From Octopus sinensis (Eukaryota), in the NCBI RefSeq assembly GCF_006345805.1, contig NC_042999.1, positions 6,262,001 to 6,326,000 of the forward strand: a stretch of 64,000 nt of DNA, in the 5' to 3' direction. The position numbers were made by a program, and so were the translations under genes. Shown here piece after piece: positions 23,380 to 36,864 of the stretch. The notes under the pieces were generated by a model. It did not search any database and had not been told where the DNA came from. It saw only the letters and a list, made by a program, of their open reading frames with translations. Positions within the stretch are counted from its first letter, which is position 1. Each line of letters opens with the position of its first letter.

Positions 23380-25790
23380 AAATAGATACATATAACTAAA
23401 TACATACAGAAGATAAACACATATGTACAAGCATACACACACACACACAGACAGATAGATAGATAAATTTACATAGAGCATATATAATACAGAATACTTA
23501 ATGAGAGAATGCATAGTTTAACTCGACAACTGTTTCTAGAAGTTCAGAATTAGGTAATAATCACAATGTTCAGAATTAGTAGATGGAATTGCAAAAAGTC
23601 ATACATAAGCAACCAGTAAATGGTTGCATAAAGAAATTACAATAAGATGCGCTTCCTTCATAAAAAAAAACTGGTAATAACAATTCACATATTAGTGCAA
23701 GAGATTTAAAGGTAGAGGGGGAGAAAAGGAAGAAAGGAATAAATGGCAGGGAGAGGGAGGATGTAAGTGGCTTATGGAGGAGGATTTGAGAGGAAGAGGA
23801 AGGCCAAGATGAGATACAGGCAAGGAATGGGGGAGGTCAGCAATCAGGGATGAATGAATAGAAGCAGTAGAGATGAGTCAGTGGAAGGAGAGGAGGGAGA
23901 ACAATAAGGTCAGTATGTTGGTCAGTTATGCTTCCTGTTAAGCAGACCCTAAATCAATTAGGGATGGTTGCTGGCAATAGAGAAAGACAGGATAAGATAA
24001 GGAATTACACAAAGGAAGAGGGTTGGGGTAGCAGAGTAGGAGGGATGCTGCAATAGGAAGAAAGGTATGAGAAGAGAGAGGATTAGACTTTGAATCAATT
24101 TGGAACGGGAGCTGGTTATTGGGAAAGACAAGAGGAAGCAAGGAAAGAATTCAAGGAATAAGGGTAGGGTAGTGGCAGAGAAAGATATGCTAAATGATAA
24201 GTTAGAGCTTAATCATAATTAGGAGAGATCATAGAGACTTTACATAGCAAGCAAAAGTGGATTAAAATTTGTGCTTACATGAAAAGATTTATGTCAGAAA
24301 ACCTACTGAGTAATGAAGCAGTATGGTTGCAAAGGATAGTGAGCAACTCCCTTGAACACAATTTACAAACACAGTGGTTAGTATTGTATAGGAAAGCTTC
24401 ACAAGTAATTGACCCAGGAAAAGGTATAGGGAATATTCCAGGACTTGAGGTTGTGCATGTATGTACCTAGGGAGGTAGAGAGTTTAGAGGCTTGTTTTGA
24501 AAACATTCATGTTAACCCAGTAGTGGCACTTGAAATCAATTGTACCACCAATGTAGACCCTAGCCTGGTGGGAACATCGTCTTACTACCCAGCATTTATA
24601 TACTACATTATAGCATAAACAAAAACCATCCAACAGACAAAGTTGAGAGACTCGGCAATTGCAAGTTATCCTACCAGGGATAACTTAGGACTAATCCCTA
24701 TTCTGGTCAGGTTGATATGGTCTGTTATCCTCAAAGAAGGACTGGAGATGTTATTACTAGTGTTGCACTGGAAGAGGGTTACCACTGCTGTTATATGTGG
24801 TCAGGTTGATAGTAGGAAGGGCAGTAGTACCAAAATTGCTATTATTGAAGAGGGTAAGATTTCCAAGGATTGTATTATTATTATCAGGTGTGTTAAGGTA
24901 GGGTCCAGGGGAATAGATTGTAAGGTCTACCATAGCCCAGCTTCATTTGCACCTATAAGAGGATGCAATTATAGATTCCAAGTTTGGAGAGGTAGAATAG
25001 ATTTTAATCGAAGATTTAGCAAAGATGGAGTAGTATTTATGTTGTGGTGAGAAATTGGAGCAAGGGATTTTGAAAAATAGCTTGGGTAAAGATTTAACCT
25101 GAAGAGAGAATGCTGACGTAAACCATAAGATCTCCTGCTTTCTGCCCATGGAAGGCTTAAAACATGGAAATGTGATTGGGCAGGCCTACACGGGAAGGTT
25201 TGAGTTATAGGTTATTTAATCTTCGAAGCAGTCAGAAAACTGGGTAAGCATTGGGCATAGGAGAATTCAGTTGCAGGTTGATGGGTAGAAGTAAGCCTGG
25301 CAGGGCCAGGATCTGCACCAGGAAAGAGAAATGTAAGTTTTGTTTTTAGTTCAGAGATCTTCTCATGGAAACCGTTATTCTGGAGAGCCTGGGACATGAT
25401 TATTAAAGTATTATTAAAGTATGGAGCATGATTATTCACTGATAGGTGAGAAATCCTGATAGAAACACTAATGATGATGCTATTACAGGTAAATGCAGGA
25501 TAATTGGATGGGACATTGCTATATTGTAGTGACTTATTCAGTTTATGGTTTATGGTAAGGGTAATTTAGGTTTAGATCTAGGTTGAGAGTGACACCTTGT
25601 TCGGAAATATAAGGACACAGATCATGTCGTATAGCCAGCTGGAGACGATGTCTCCTGGGGCTAAATTACAGCAACATTCATCCTAAACCAGGACTGCCAT
25701 GTTATGTTGGCAAACAAGCTTTACTCCAAAGTACTGTTGCTGAATATCTCTTGTTGTGAGATTTACAAATAGTAATTTTCTAAGACATCT
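23380..25790 (-). mobile_element. Decayed Penelope-like retroelement (RT C-terminus + GIY-YIG endonuclease, Naiad-like), with pyrimidine-rich 3' region
   Basis: Minus strand reads TCNCRVSQLCLLDGFCLCYNVVYKC...RVYIGGTIDFK (CNCR 24652-24663, YIG 24547-24555), then ..HNLKSWNIPYTFSW..CKLC..CKHKF. Upstream fragments include YPYHKP and KIYSTSPNLESII. Multiple stops and frameshifts. Confidence 0.75.
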
Positions 25791-27689
25791 GAGACATTAA
25801 CAACTTTGGTGTTACTTTCAAATGAGAGAGAGAGAGAGGGGGTCAAAATAAGAGGGGCAGAATGAGTAAAAGAACCATATTGACAGTGCAATAAAGAATT
25901 ATAGAGACACAGAGAAAGAGAGTAAATGACAGAGTTGTAATGTAAGGAATTACACGAGAAATTAATTTTATTTAATCTTATTTGAAGGTAATGAATATTT
26001 TTCTTTAGAAAATTACGTTTTCATTTCACCATTTTGTATAAGTATCAAGAAATTTGATTCGATAAAATTCAAATAACAATTATTGCCATTTTCCCCAATA
26101 TTACCCACGATGGCAAAAATGTGCTTCCAAAGTTAGCCATCATCATCATCATCGTTTAACGTCCGTTTTCCATGGTTCGATGGTTCGACCGGGGTCTGGG
26201 AAGCCAGGAGGCTGCACCAGGCTCCAGTCTGATCTGGCAGAGTTTCTACAGCTGGATGCCCTTCCTAATGCCAACCACTCCGTAAGTATAGTGGGTGCTT
26301 TTTACGTGCCACCGGCACGGGGGCCAGAGGAGGCTGGAAATGACCACGATCGGTTGGTGCTTTTACGTGTCACTGACACGGTCACCAGTCAGGTGGCGCT
26401 GGCATCTGCTTTTAACGTGATCATATGAGGAATAACTCTCTGGAAAATAGCTTATTTCTTAATCTAAAAGACAGATATCAAGTTCAAAAGTATTAAATAT
26501 GAATACAGAGTGAAAGTGAAAGCAATTTTATTTTATTTGAAACTGTTATGAGGCTGGGCTGAAAAGTTCATAGGATGCCTACGAAGGAGTGATGTTATCA
26601 TCATCATCGTCGTCGTCATCATTGTTTAACGTCCATTTTCCACACTGGCAATGGATTGGGTGGTTTGACTGAGGACTAGCTAGCCAGGAGGCTGCATCAG
26701 GGTCCAGTCTGATCTGGGCATGGTCAATGACAGTGCCACCTGACTGGTCCCTGTGCTGGTGGTACACAAAAAGCACCCACTACAGTCAAGTGGCACTGTT
26801 ATTGGCCATGCCTGAATGATACTTTTTACGTGCCACCGGCATGGGAGCCAGTCAAGTGACACTGTCATCGGCCATGCTTGAATAGTGCTTTTTACATGCC
26901 ATCAGTACAGGGGCCAGTCAGGTGGCACTGTCATCGACCATACACGAATGGTGCCTTTTATGTGCCACTGGCACAGATAAATGAGACGTACAAAATTGTC
27001 GAATTTAGCCTGAATACCCTGTAAGTGTCCTATTTATAGTTTTGGTAGTGGTGTCTCTGTACTTCAGAATGGCATCACATCTTCAGTATGGATTTCTATT
27101 CATGATGGCAATAACCTCATTGTGTTCAGGTGCATTGAAACAGCATCTACATTCTCCAGAAGGCCTCTTGTGTTCATCAATTATTATCTGAAACTCCAAA
27201 CTGGGTTCAGACTCAAAAACACAAGTGAAACCCCTGACTGCTGTTCTTTTCAGGGACGATATCTTGAAGTGTAAGAATCAACTCAAACTTTTGTCTGGGT
27301 AATGGTGTTTCTATAAAGGGCCTCACTCTTCCAGTCTTCAACAAAATACCCCTACAGAAACTAGAGCTCTTCATTGGGGACAGGCCGAAGCGAACCAATC
27401 TTGAAGTTGATTTGCCTTTGTATGAGGTTACGAAGAAAGTCCTGTCACATTCTTGACCTGATCACTTTCAAGGTACATTTTCAATATTTAAGAGTAAAAT
27501 AAATATTCATTTTCACATGCCAGATCAGATCGGAACCTGGTGCAGCTCCTTGGCTCACCAATTTTCAGTCAAACCATCCAACCCATGCCAGCATGGAAAA
27601 CGGACTTTAAACGATGATGATGATGATGATTCTAATGTTTTACTTTCTTTGCAGGTTCCTTTCTTCCATAATGATTAAAAGTGAATTGA

Positions 27690-28056
27690 TTTTACCCTTT
27701 TAAAAATGAGTTTTTATGAGACCCATATCAGACATTATATGGTGTGGGAATTCAAAAGGGGCTCTTCAGCAATGGAAGTAACAAGAAATAATTTATTCTG
27801 TCTATGGAGATGAAGTCTTAAGTGTCCAGACATACGGTTTGGCCAGTTTCACTCAGGAAATTTTTCTCTTCCAGATTCTTCTCAATTTGGACATTCAGGT
27901 TTTGCTAATAATAGCTTTGTAAAATCTTAGTCAAAGAAAATCCATAGCAAAGAGTACAAGAATTAGCAAAACAACTCAAGTCACACTTTGATTGTAAAAT
28001 AATGAACAATGAAGTAGCTGAACTTGGTCAGTGGGTCCCTCATCATCTCTACTACC
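27690..28056 (+). mobile_element. Mariner transposase N-terminal fragment, same family as 14.4-15.5 kb
   Basis: RHYMVWEFKRG..A helix-turn-helix remnant; shares cttggtcagtgggtccctcat with 14820-14839. Confidence 0.65.
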
Positions 28057-28059
28057 AAG

Positions 28060-29390
28060 CTTTTCCTGGGTAGAATTTTCAGTGGTGGTGGCAATGTTGT
28101 GTAGCCACGAAGAGAATGAATGGGAAAAAGAGAGTTTGCCAAATGTAAACCCAACAGAGGGACCAGCTATTCAAATTAACAGTACCTTGGTAGATAAAGC
28201 AATTAAGGGTGTGAAGACAAGGAAAGCTTAAAATATCTGGCAGTGTAGGCTATAGCCTAGACACCCGTATAGTTAACCAGGTGATACCTGAAGGAGTCAT
28301 ACCCAATGACTGGTGTAGCAGCACCATAGTCAACTGCTACAAAAGTAAAGGTGACGCATTAGTTAGGACTAATTACAAAGGTATCAAATTGTTGGATCAG
28401 ATGAAGAAAGTCATGGAGAGGGTCATAGCCAAACTAATTAGGGAGAGAGTTAGTTTAGACGAGATGCAGTTTGGGTTTGTGCCATGGAGAAACACCACTG
28501 ATGCTATATTTCTGGTAAGACAGCTGCAGGAGAAATTCCTAGTCAAAGATAAATCTCTATACTTGGCTTTTGTTGACAAGGCGAAAACCTTTAACAGGGT
28601 CCCCTGATCCCTTGTCTGGTGATCAATGGTTGGTGAGAGCTATACAAGCCATGTACAGGGATGTTGTCAGTAAGGTAAGGGTTGGCAACGAGTATAGTGA
28701 GGAATTCCGGGTAGAAGTAGGGGTTCACCAAGGATCAGCCCTCAGCCCCCTCTCATTCATCATAGTCCTCCAAGTAATAACAAAGTTCCTCTATGCTGAT
28801 ACCTTGCTCACTGAACTAGAGAAATTTCAGGTGTGGAAGCAAAATCTAGAATCGAATGTAGGTGCCCTGAGAGAAAAGTTGATCATAAGAAGCATCAGAT
28901 GTGGTGTGCAAGAGAGACGACTGCACTGGTTTGGTCATGTGTTGCGTATGGATGAGGACAGCTGTGTGAAGTGTCACACCCTAACAGTGGAGGGAACCTG
29001 TGGAAGAGGTAGACCCAAGATGATATGGGATGAGGTGGTGAAGCATGACCTTTGAACACTGGGCCTCACAGAGACAATGACAAGCAGCCAAGACCTTTGG
29101 AGATATGCTGTGCTTGAGGAGACTCGGCAAGCCAAGTGAGATCATAGCCATGGCCGATGCCAGTGTTGCATAACTGGGTCCATTTAAAAGTACCCTTCAA
29201 CTGTCAGGCAATATGCTGTGCTTGAGAAGACCTGTTGAGTTAAGTGAAATCGTAGTTGTGGCCAAGGGCAGTGCCGCCCGACTGGCATGTAAAAAGCACC
29301 ATTCAAGCTTGGTTGATGCCAGTGCTGCCTGACTAGCCCCCATGCCAGTAGCACATAAAAAGCACCCACTATGCTCTTGGAGTTATCCTA
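28060..29390 (+). mobile_element. RTE-clade LINE fragment (RT + 3'UTR)
   Basis: ORFs 28281..28607 and 28570..29055: IPNDW..S..V..YK.KGDA...NYKGIKLL, QFGFVP.R.TTDAIF, GVHQGSALSP, RRLHWFGHV.RM, GRGRPK. Confidence 0.9.
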
Positions 29391-29781
29391 TGTATGTATA
29401 GTACGACTACTACTGTTAAGTATAGACCTCCACATAGATTGTGATAGTCCAGTCTGCTTCCAGTATAGTGATTAAGCGACTACTATACTTGGTAGTATTA
29501 CTTGTTACGAAATTCTGGGCGAAAATAAGGAATACATACACTCGTGTTTAGGGTTTGGGTTTAGGTTTTTTGTTACGCCGAAAACAGGTGCTGTACGTAC
29601 TCTTTACCTCCACCTTAATTTCTATATATGTTTCACCATTATGGTTGCTAGGAACCCTGCATTGGATGTATTTGTGGGGTGGGGTCGATAAAATAACAAC
29701 CAGCCGAGCACTAAGGTCGATGTAATCGACTTACCGCCTCCCCTGAAATTGCTGGCCTTGTGTCAATATTTGAAACCGATA

Positions 29782-30487
29782 CTACTAGCGAACAGTGGTC
29801 CCGGTGCGCGCTCTCGCGCAAGCTAGTCGTAAGTAGTCGATCCTACAACGACTTGCGCGTATGTTTGTATTTCAAGGATGAATAAAAGGCATAGTTTCGG
29901 TTGTAGTAGCACAGATTTCCGTCGATTTCCGTAAAAAACTTCTATTTTTTTACATAAGTAATGAGAGCGAAAGAGACTAAGAGGAAGCGATTTTACGACG
30001 AGAAGGTTTCACTTTGAAGTCGGCCTGTGTGTGTTTGATGGGGTGTGGGAGACAGACAGTATGTTGTGTAAGTGAAGTGCTTCTGTTAGTGTGTGCGAAG
30101 AGAAAGAGAGAGATAACTGATTTTTTACTCGGTGTATGTGTATATGTATGTCTGCATGTATGTGTGTGTGTGTATGTATCTATGTATGTGTGTGTTTCAA
30201 AGAGAAACCTTCTCGTCATAAAATCGCTTCCTCTTAGTCTCTTTCGCTCTCATTACTTATGTAAAAAAATAAAAGTTTTTTACGGAAATCGACGGAAATC
30301 TGAGCTACGACATGCGAAACTTCGCCCAAAGAAAATTAAATAATATTTTTCGAACAAAGTAAATAATTTTTTTAACTAAGTAAATAAATTATTTTTATAA
30401 ACAAACTAAGGTTAGGGTTCAAAAGTCGTTGTAGGATCGACTACTTACGACTAGCTAGCGCGCACCGGGACCACTGTTCGCTAGTAG
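29782..30487. mobile_element. Longer member of the CTACTAG-TIR MITE family
   Basis: TA|ctactagcgaacagtggtcccggtgcgcg ... cgcgcaccgggaccactgttcgctagtag|TA. Internal inverted segment 29923-29978 / 30243-30300. Confidence 0.85.
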
Positions 30488-32099
30488 TAACTTGAAACCA
30501 TTATTATTATTGTGTTATACAGTATTACATTATCACAATATGTCCTTTGTTAATGTAAGACTGTAGTGTGATTTAGAGGGAAATTTGACTCTTATTTCCA
30601 GCATGCTAATGACCATGCACAGGTCACCCTGTGGCGCGAAGTAAACGTGGTTGTTATTGTTTGCCCCAGAAAGAAACTGATTTTAGACAAAATTTTCTAA
30701 TAATAATTATTATACTTTTACGGTTTTGCTTTTGAATAACCGTCCTCGGAAGTCACATATCTTGCATTAAAGGAAAAGGGTTTTTTTTCTTTACATATTT
30801 CGTTTCATACAACGAAAATTACAATAACCATTCTGAAAGACTGAAAAAAAAAGTTTGTTATTTTTTTGCACTCCACATGGTTACCTTTTTCCTTTCCTAT
30901 GACGTGTGAAAATTCGCGAAAGAATTAGTTCAAAACTCTATCGAGTAAAGTACCGTACATACCTTTTAAATTATAAATAGTTTAGTAAACACAATGTCCC
31001 GGGTCGAGATTAGAATTAAGCTGACTTTTCTTCTTTTTACCATGAATCGAAATTTGAATTAGACCAACTTTCACATCATTTATCCGCCCTTTAAACCCGG
31101 GGTATCTGCTTCAACCAGTGTAGTTTAATTATACGTAATTAATTTTTGGCCGGGGTAATATTAGATTTTACATATTTGATAATAAAAATTTTTTTTTGTA
31201 ATATAATTATGTAGAGAAATAAAACTAGCGTCAAACAGAACACATGTGGTGAAATGGTATATTACATCTATGCATAGTATTTTCGTTAAATTAAAAAACT
31301 ATATTTAATGCACCTGTTTTGTAAAGAGAACAAAATTTTATTCATAAACATATGACATGAATTATTAAAAAAAATATGGCAAATTGGGTGAAAAAAAAGA
31401 GAAAATTAAATTAGAAAAATGGGCGAAACAGGATACAATTGAAGAAATTACAAAACCATAAACACAAAAAAAACCCTCCACCTTAGGTTGATAAATATTT
31501 ATATAATTATACAGTTTATACTTGAACATTATTATAAAGACATTATTTTGTTTTGTTTCTAGAGAAAATTAACAATTTTTCAGTTTTGTTTTACAGCTTA
31601 TGGGTGTAAGATGAAAATAGACTCATCATTGATGGCAATTGTTCTTTTATTTTGGATTGCAGTTTATTTCTTTGTTCTTTCTATTAAACAACAGTTGTTA
31701 TTTAGATACAATGGTCCTGATTGGGTGACTCTGTGATCTTAGACAATACAGATATAACCATCCCAACTTCCCCAAGGCATAACTACAGTTTAGTGCTCCA
31801 CTAACTTCGTTTCCTCTTAACTTTCTGAAAAACGGTTTATTTTAAGTGAAATTCTACACAAATACGTTTCTGAACGTGAAGATTACGTTCATAGCGATAA
31901 AATTTGAAGAAAAATACTAAAAAAATTTGTTAATGTTGGTGTCAGTGATGCTGAAGGCTTCCGTTTCATTCCCCCTCAGCTCTCTGACTTTATTATCACT
32001 TTCCGTAGGTTTAACATTTTTCGCTTTTTTCCTCGATATTCATATTTTAACCATCAATATTACATAATCTACACCTCAAAAACGCATTTTCGCAAAATG

Positions 32100-32720
32100 A
32101 CATTTCAAAATAAACGTTTAAAAAAGTTATGAGCAAAGTTCGGAAGAGGGGTGCTGAGAGACTACATTGCAGTTACAACTTTTTATTTCCGGCTTATATT
32201 ACCGTATGTATCCTTCTTTTTATAACACGGTAGGCTGCGATTTATTGGATATCTGGTTGCTATTTCTAGTGAACAACCCTATTACCTTTATTTCCTATTT
32301 TCCTCCTTATTTGCTTTATTTCTATAAGTTCCCCATCCTATAACCCCCTGTTTCCTTATAATGGAATCATCTTAGCGCCTTAAAGATTATTTAGAGGGAG
32401 ATAACTCTAATTGCATCTTGGCGATGTTTGTCAGGAATTGGCGAATCTCTTAGAATTACTTTTGAAAGGTAAAAGGTAAGTTAGTTATTAATAAAAGATC
32501 ATAATATATATATATATGTGAGCTGTAAATTGTTTTTGAAGGTGGAGGGAAAATACGAACAGCTTTTCCGTTTGAAGACCAGAATCGTGTTGAAGCGGAC
32601 CAGGAAGCATTGATTTTGAATAAACGGCGCCAAGTCTTGGAGTTGGGCTTCCAGTCTTCTTAAAACCAAAAAAGGGGGCTTTGGTGATCCTTTACATTCT
32701 GGTTAGAAACGTAGAAGGAT
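32100..32720. promoter_or_regulatory. Candidate (bi)directional promoter and non-coding first exon(s) of NSMCE2
   Basis: Repeat-poor stretch between two divergent genes. CGGAAG at 32141, ACTACA at 32161, TTCCGG at 32187; + strand donor AAG|GTAAGT at 32476, acceptor at 32541, donor at 32702. NSMCE2 coding exon 1 has an acceptor, so an upstream exon must exist. Confidence 0.35.
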
Positions 32721-35700
32721 AAAAGAACACACAGTAGAAACTCTAAAACCTTATTAAATTTTCTGAAGAAACGAACATTAATGTTTCGAGAATTTAGTTA
32801 TTCCTTAGAAGTAGAATTTGGTCTGTCCTTCTTTGTCCCCTCTGTGTTTAGCCCCTTGTGGGTAGTAAAGAAATAGGTATTTTGTCTGTCTTTACGTTCC
32901 GAGTTCAAATTCCGCCGAGGTCAACTTTGCCTTTCATCCTTTCAGGGTCAATAAATTAAGTACCACTGGGAGCGCTTGTATGACTGTTATTTTTTTTAAT
33001 ATTGTATAAATAATGATTCACAAATATTGTGGTGTTTCTACCATGTATAGGGGTGACTCTGCTAGGTTTTTATTGTATAGTCGACGGAACAAACTCAGCA
33101 ATCGTATATTTTATTTCTTGGAATTTAAGGCCGTTATGTACATACATGATTGCCAGAGTTTCTTCCAAGTGGTCCTTCGTCCCGCTACGAAGAACACCTA
33201 ATTCTACTTCATTTCGAAAGAACAAAATCAGGAGTAGACGTTGAATAATGTTTCCTTGGATACAATTTTTTGGGGATGAAAAATCATTAATAAAGGCGAC
33301 GAGCTAGTTGAATCATTACTGCACCGGACGCAATGCTAAGCGACATTTCTTCCGGCTCTTTCAAATTGCGCCGAGACCGATTTTGTCTTTCGTTCTTTTG
33401 GGTTTGATAAAATAAGTGACCGTTGCGGCCATTCTTCGTTTTGACTACAAAAAATGTCATTGTTGTTCCTATCGTAGAAGGGATTATTATTCGCCGAGAT
33501 CGATTTTACCGTTCATCCTTTCCAAGTCGATAAAATAAGTACCAGTTGAATACTGGGGTCGATGTAATCGACATAACCCCTTCCACCGAAATTGCTGTCC
33601 GTGTGCTAAAAGTTGATACTATACACTGATATATATATATATCTTTATCTTTTATTAAACTTTTAATACTTTTGATATATATTTAAAATAATATAAATTA
33701 GATTAACTTTATGTATTGGCTTATGTTTTTCACTGTTTGATTTGCCTAATAGTGGTTTTATCTCTAATATAATATAATATATTTATACTATAAAATTGGA
33801 TTTAATCCTAAATCTGTTTTTTCCCTGTAAGTTTGGATTTATTCCCTAATATTTTATTATTAATTTATATATATATGTGTGTGTGTGTGGAATAGTGTCT
33901 CATCTTGGTTATTATAGTCACAATGTTTTGGCTGGTCATTATTTACCATGGACAAGGCGGCGAGCTGGCAGAAACGTTTGCACGCCGGGCGAAATGCGTA
34001 GCCGTATTTTGTCTGTCTTTACGTTCCGAGTTCAAATTCCGCCGAGGTCGACTTTGCCTTTCATCCTTTCAGGGTCGATAAATTACGTACCATTTGCATA
34101 ATGGGGTCGATCTAATCGACTGGCCCCCTCCCCCAAAATTTCGAGCCTTGTGCCTAGAGTAGAAAAGATTATTAACAATGGACGGTTAGGCTGATGTACT
34201 CTCCAGCCTTCATCAGCTCCGTCCATTGTAAATAATGTACATAATTCCTCATCCCAAAAATATAGAATAGTTTGGGCCTTTATACTTACCAACTCTTTCA
34301 GATTCCTTCCTATTTGGTAACATTCTTGAAATTTCGAACCAATTGGAGGCAGATCGTCCTCATTGCGTTGTCTGGGCCACAGTTATTCTCCTATTTTCCT
34401 ACTTGTGAAACTACCTGCTCTTTTCTCTTCAACCTCTTTTCTCATCGAACGACTATCTTCTCCTTCCATTGTGAATCCTTTGATGACTGTATGTCTTGAA
34501 GAACAACAGCAGAAGACAACTATGGGTAACCAGTAAATCACGATGGCAACCACCTATTCCATTCCTACCAACGAAACTAAGAAACCAACAATATTTCATT
34601 TCAGTAACAATGATCTCCCAACATCCAAGATCCATAATCCACATTGTAGGAGAAGACATGAACCCAATGAAGCTTTATAGTAGCATTGAGGAATAAAGTG
34701 TTGGGTGGGGACGGGATATATTTCTAGTATTATTTTCTGATAAATCCAGTGGTAAAACTAACCCATGATGACTGGTAACTACTCACAGCTACAGGAGACG
34801 ACAAAAGAACCAGTTTGGCAAACCAGTCTGCCTTAAAGTTGATCACCACAGCTTGCATTTTTCTTTGTCTTTCTGAGCTCATCCACAAGGCAACCTCAGG
34901 GCAATGCAGATAGTGTGCCCCACTGTAGCCAAAGATAGATGTTCTGACACAACCAATGAACTTACATTTTCTTAATTAACAGTTCCCATGTGATGTCCCT
35001 CTCTATGTTAGGCATTATTGAGGAGGTTATCAGACCCCAGTATATGGACCAATCCTTTCAATGTCTCAATGTTGTTCTCTCGTGGAAACAGTCCTTCTGG
35101 TTGTCTGTCAATTCTGACTGTTGAGTTTATGCAAAAACTATAGCAATGTTACCAGACATCATCAAAGACCACTGACTTCAGCTTGTGGCTAATAAAAGAT
35201 GAAGTTGTGTGTCAACTGTTATTCACCACCATCGTCATCATTGTTGTTTACTGTCCGCTTTCCATGCTAGCATGGGTTGGACAGTTCGACCGGGGTCTGG
35301 GAAGCCAGGAGGCTGCAGCAGGCTCCAGTCTTTATCTGGTAGAGTTTCTACAGCTCGATGCCCTTCCTAACGCCAACCACTCCGTGAATGTAGTGAGTGC
35401 TTTTTACGTACCACTGGCACAGGGGCCAGAGGAGGTTGGCAAATGGCCACGATCGGTTGGTGCTTTTTACGTATCACCGGTATGGATGTCAGGAACCAAT
35501 CCATGATAAATGAATCAAAGTCAGGCCTTGTTGTGCATTTATGTATAGCAGTTGATTGAGGAGACACCCACCTTGCAAAAGCTGTGTTTTGAGAGATGAT
35601 GGACAATGAGGAAGCTGGAGGAGACTGGTCGACATACAGCATGGTTTCATATGATGTTAAATACAATAACAGTGGACAGGGCTACAGTTCTTTGATGGTG

Positions 35701-36818
35701 CAGAGCAGCAGTTTTAACATGGCCCTTGGAGGGACGGAGTGGGGGAGATAAGGTTTTGTTGTTAAGATTTATGAGCAAAAAATTATTTATACTTCTACAA
35801 TACACAAAATATTTTAACAATTTTCTTATACAATTCCTTGTAAATATTTAATAATAAAGATATGAGGAGAGCTGTGTGAAGAAGTTCACTCCCTAACAGT
35901 TCAAGGAACCCGTGGAAGAGGGAGACCCAGGAAGACATGGGATGAGGTGGCGAAGCATGACCTTCAAACGTTGGGCCTCACAGAGGCGATGACAAGAGAC
36001 CGAGACCTCTGGAGATATGCTGTGATTGAGAAGACCTGGCAAGTGAAGTGAGATCAGAGCTGTAGCCTATGCCAGTGTCACATAACCAACCCATTTAAAA
36101 TGTACCTTTGAATCGTTGGGCGACACACCATGCTTGAGGAGACCTACTGAGTCGAGTAAAATCAAAATCAGAATCAAAAATGGAAATTGTAGTTGAGACG
36201 GATGCCAGAACCACCTGACTGGTTCCCCATGCTGGTAGCACATAAAAAGCACCATCCAAATGTAGCTGATGCCAGTTGCCTGACTGGCTCCCGTGCTAAT
36301 GGCACATAAAAAGCACCCACTACACTCTCAGAGTAGTTGGCATTAGGAAGGGCATCCAGCTGTAGAAACTCTGCCAGATGAGATTGGAGCCTGGTGTGGC
36401 CTCCTGACTTGCCAGTCCCCAGTCAAACCATCCAACCCATGCCAGCATAGAAAATGGATGTTAAACAATGATGATGATAGGATATTTTTTTATATACATC
36501 AAATGGCTGTGGAGGTCTAGTAGAGTAGAATAAGAATCAAAGAGGCCCATAGGTCAAAAAATGATTGAGAACCACTGGTGTAGTTTGTTAAACTGGTCCC
36601 TTATTTTATTGACCCCCTCAGAAGCAGGGCTGTGGAGTCAGAAACAGTTAAGGGGTAGCTGGAGTCAGAGTCGGTAAAACTATACCAACCCCCACTCACA
36701 ATATCTTTATTCTTTAATATAAACCAGTTAAAACATATAGGCCTATCCTTTATGGGATATGTGGACCAATTTGTCTTCATCTTTGTTGTTAACACGTTTC
36801 AGCTGATATACCCTCCAA

Positions 36819-36864
36819 GACACCTGATGAAGGCTGGAGGGTGTATCAGTCGAAACATTATGTT
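36819..36864 (+). ncRNA. Hammerhead ribozyme motif, second family, core intact but helices I and III decayed
   Basis: GACAC-CTGATGA-a-GGCTG-gagggtgtat-CAGTC-GAAAC-ATT-ATGTT, inside an imperfect palindrome at about 36768-36893. Confidence 0.65.

Noticed and set aside
24230-24700. Possible selenocysteine (TGA) recoding in the Naiad-like endonuclease
   Set aside because: The conserved cysteines I could read are TGY codons; the stops look like random decay.
26990-27480. Unique-looking stretch with short open frames (e.g. DFLRNLIQRQINFKIGSLRPVPNEEL* on minus)
   Set aside because: No consistent splice sites or phase link to either gene, and no recognisable motif.
31870-32070. Candidate first coding exon of the minus-strand gene (MKRKPSASLTPTLTNFF; or SRKKAKNVKP.. 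after an in-frame TGA)
   Set aside because: Only weak donors and in-frame stops; it cannot be joined convincingly.
33029-33244. 71-aa ORF near the presumed promoter
   Set aside because: No recognisable homology, and candidate exons on either strand hit stops when joined to neighbours.
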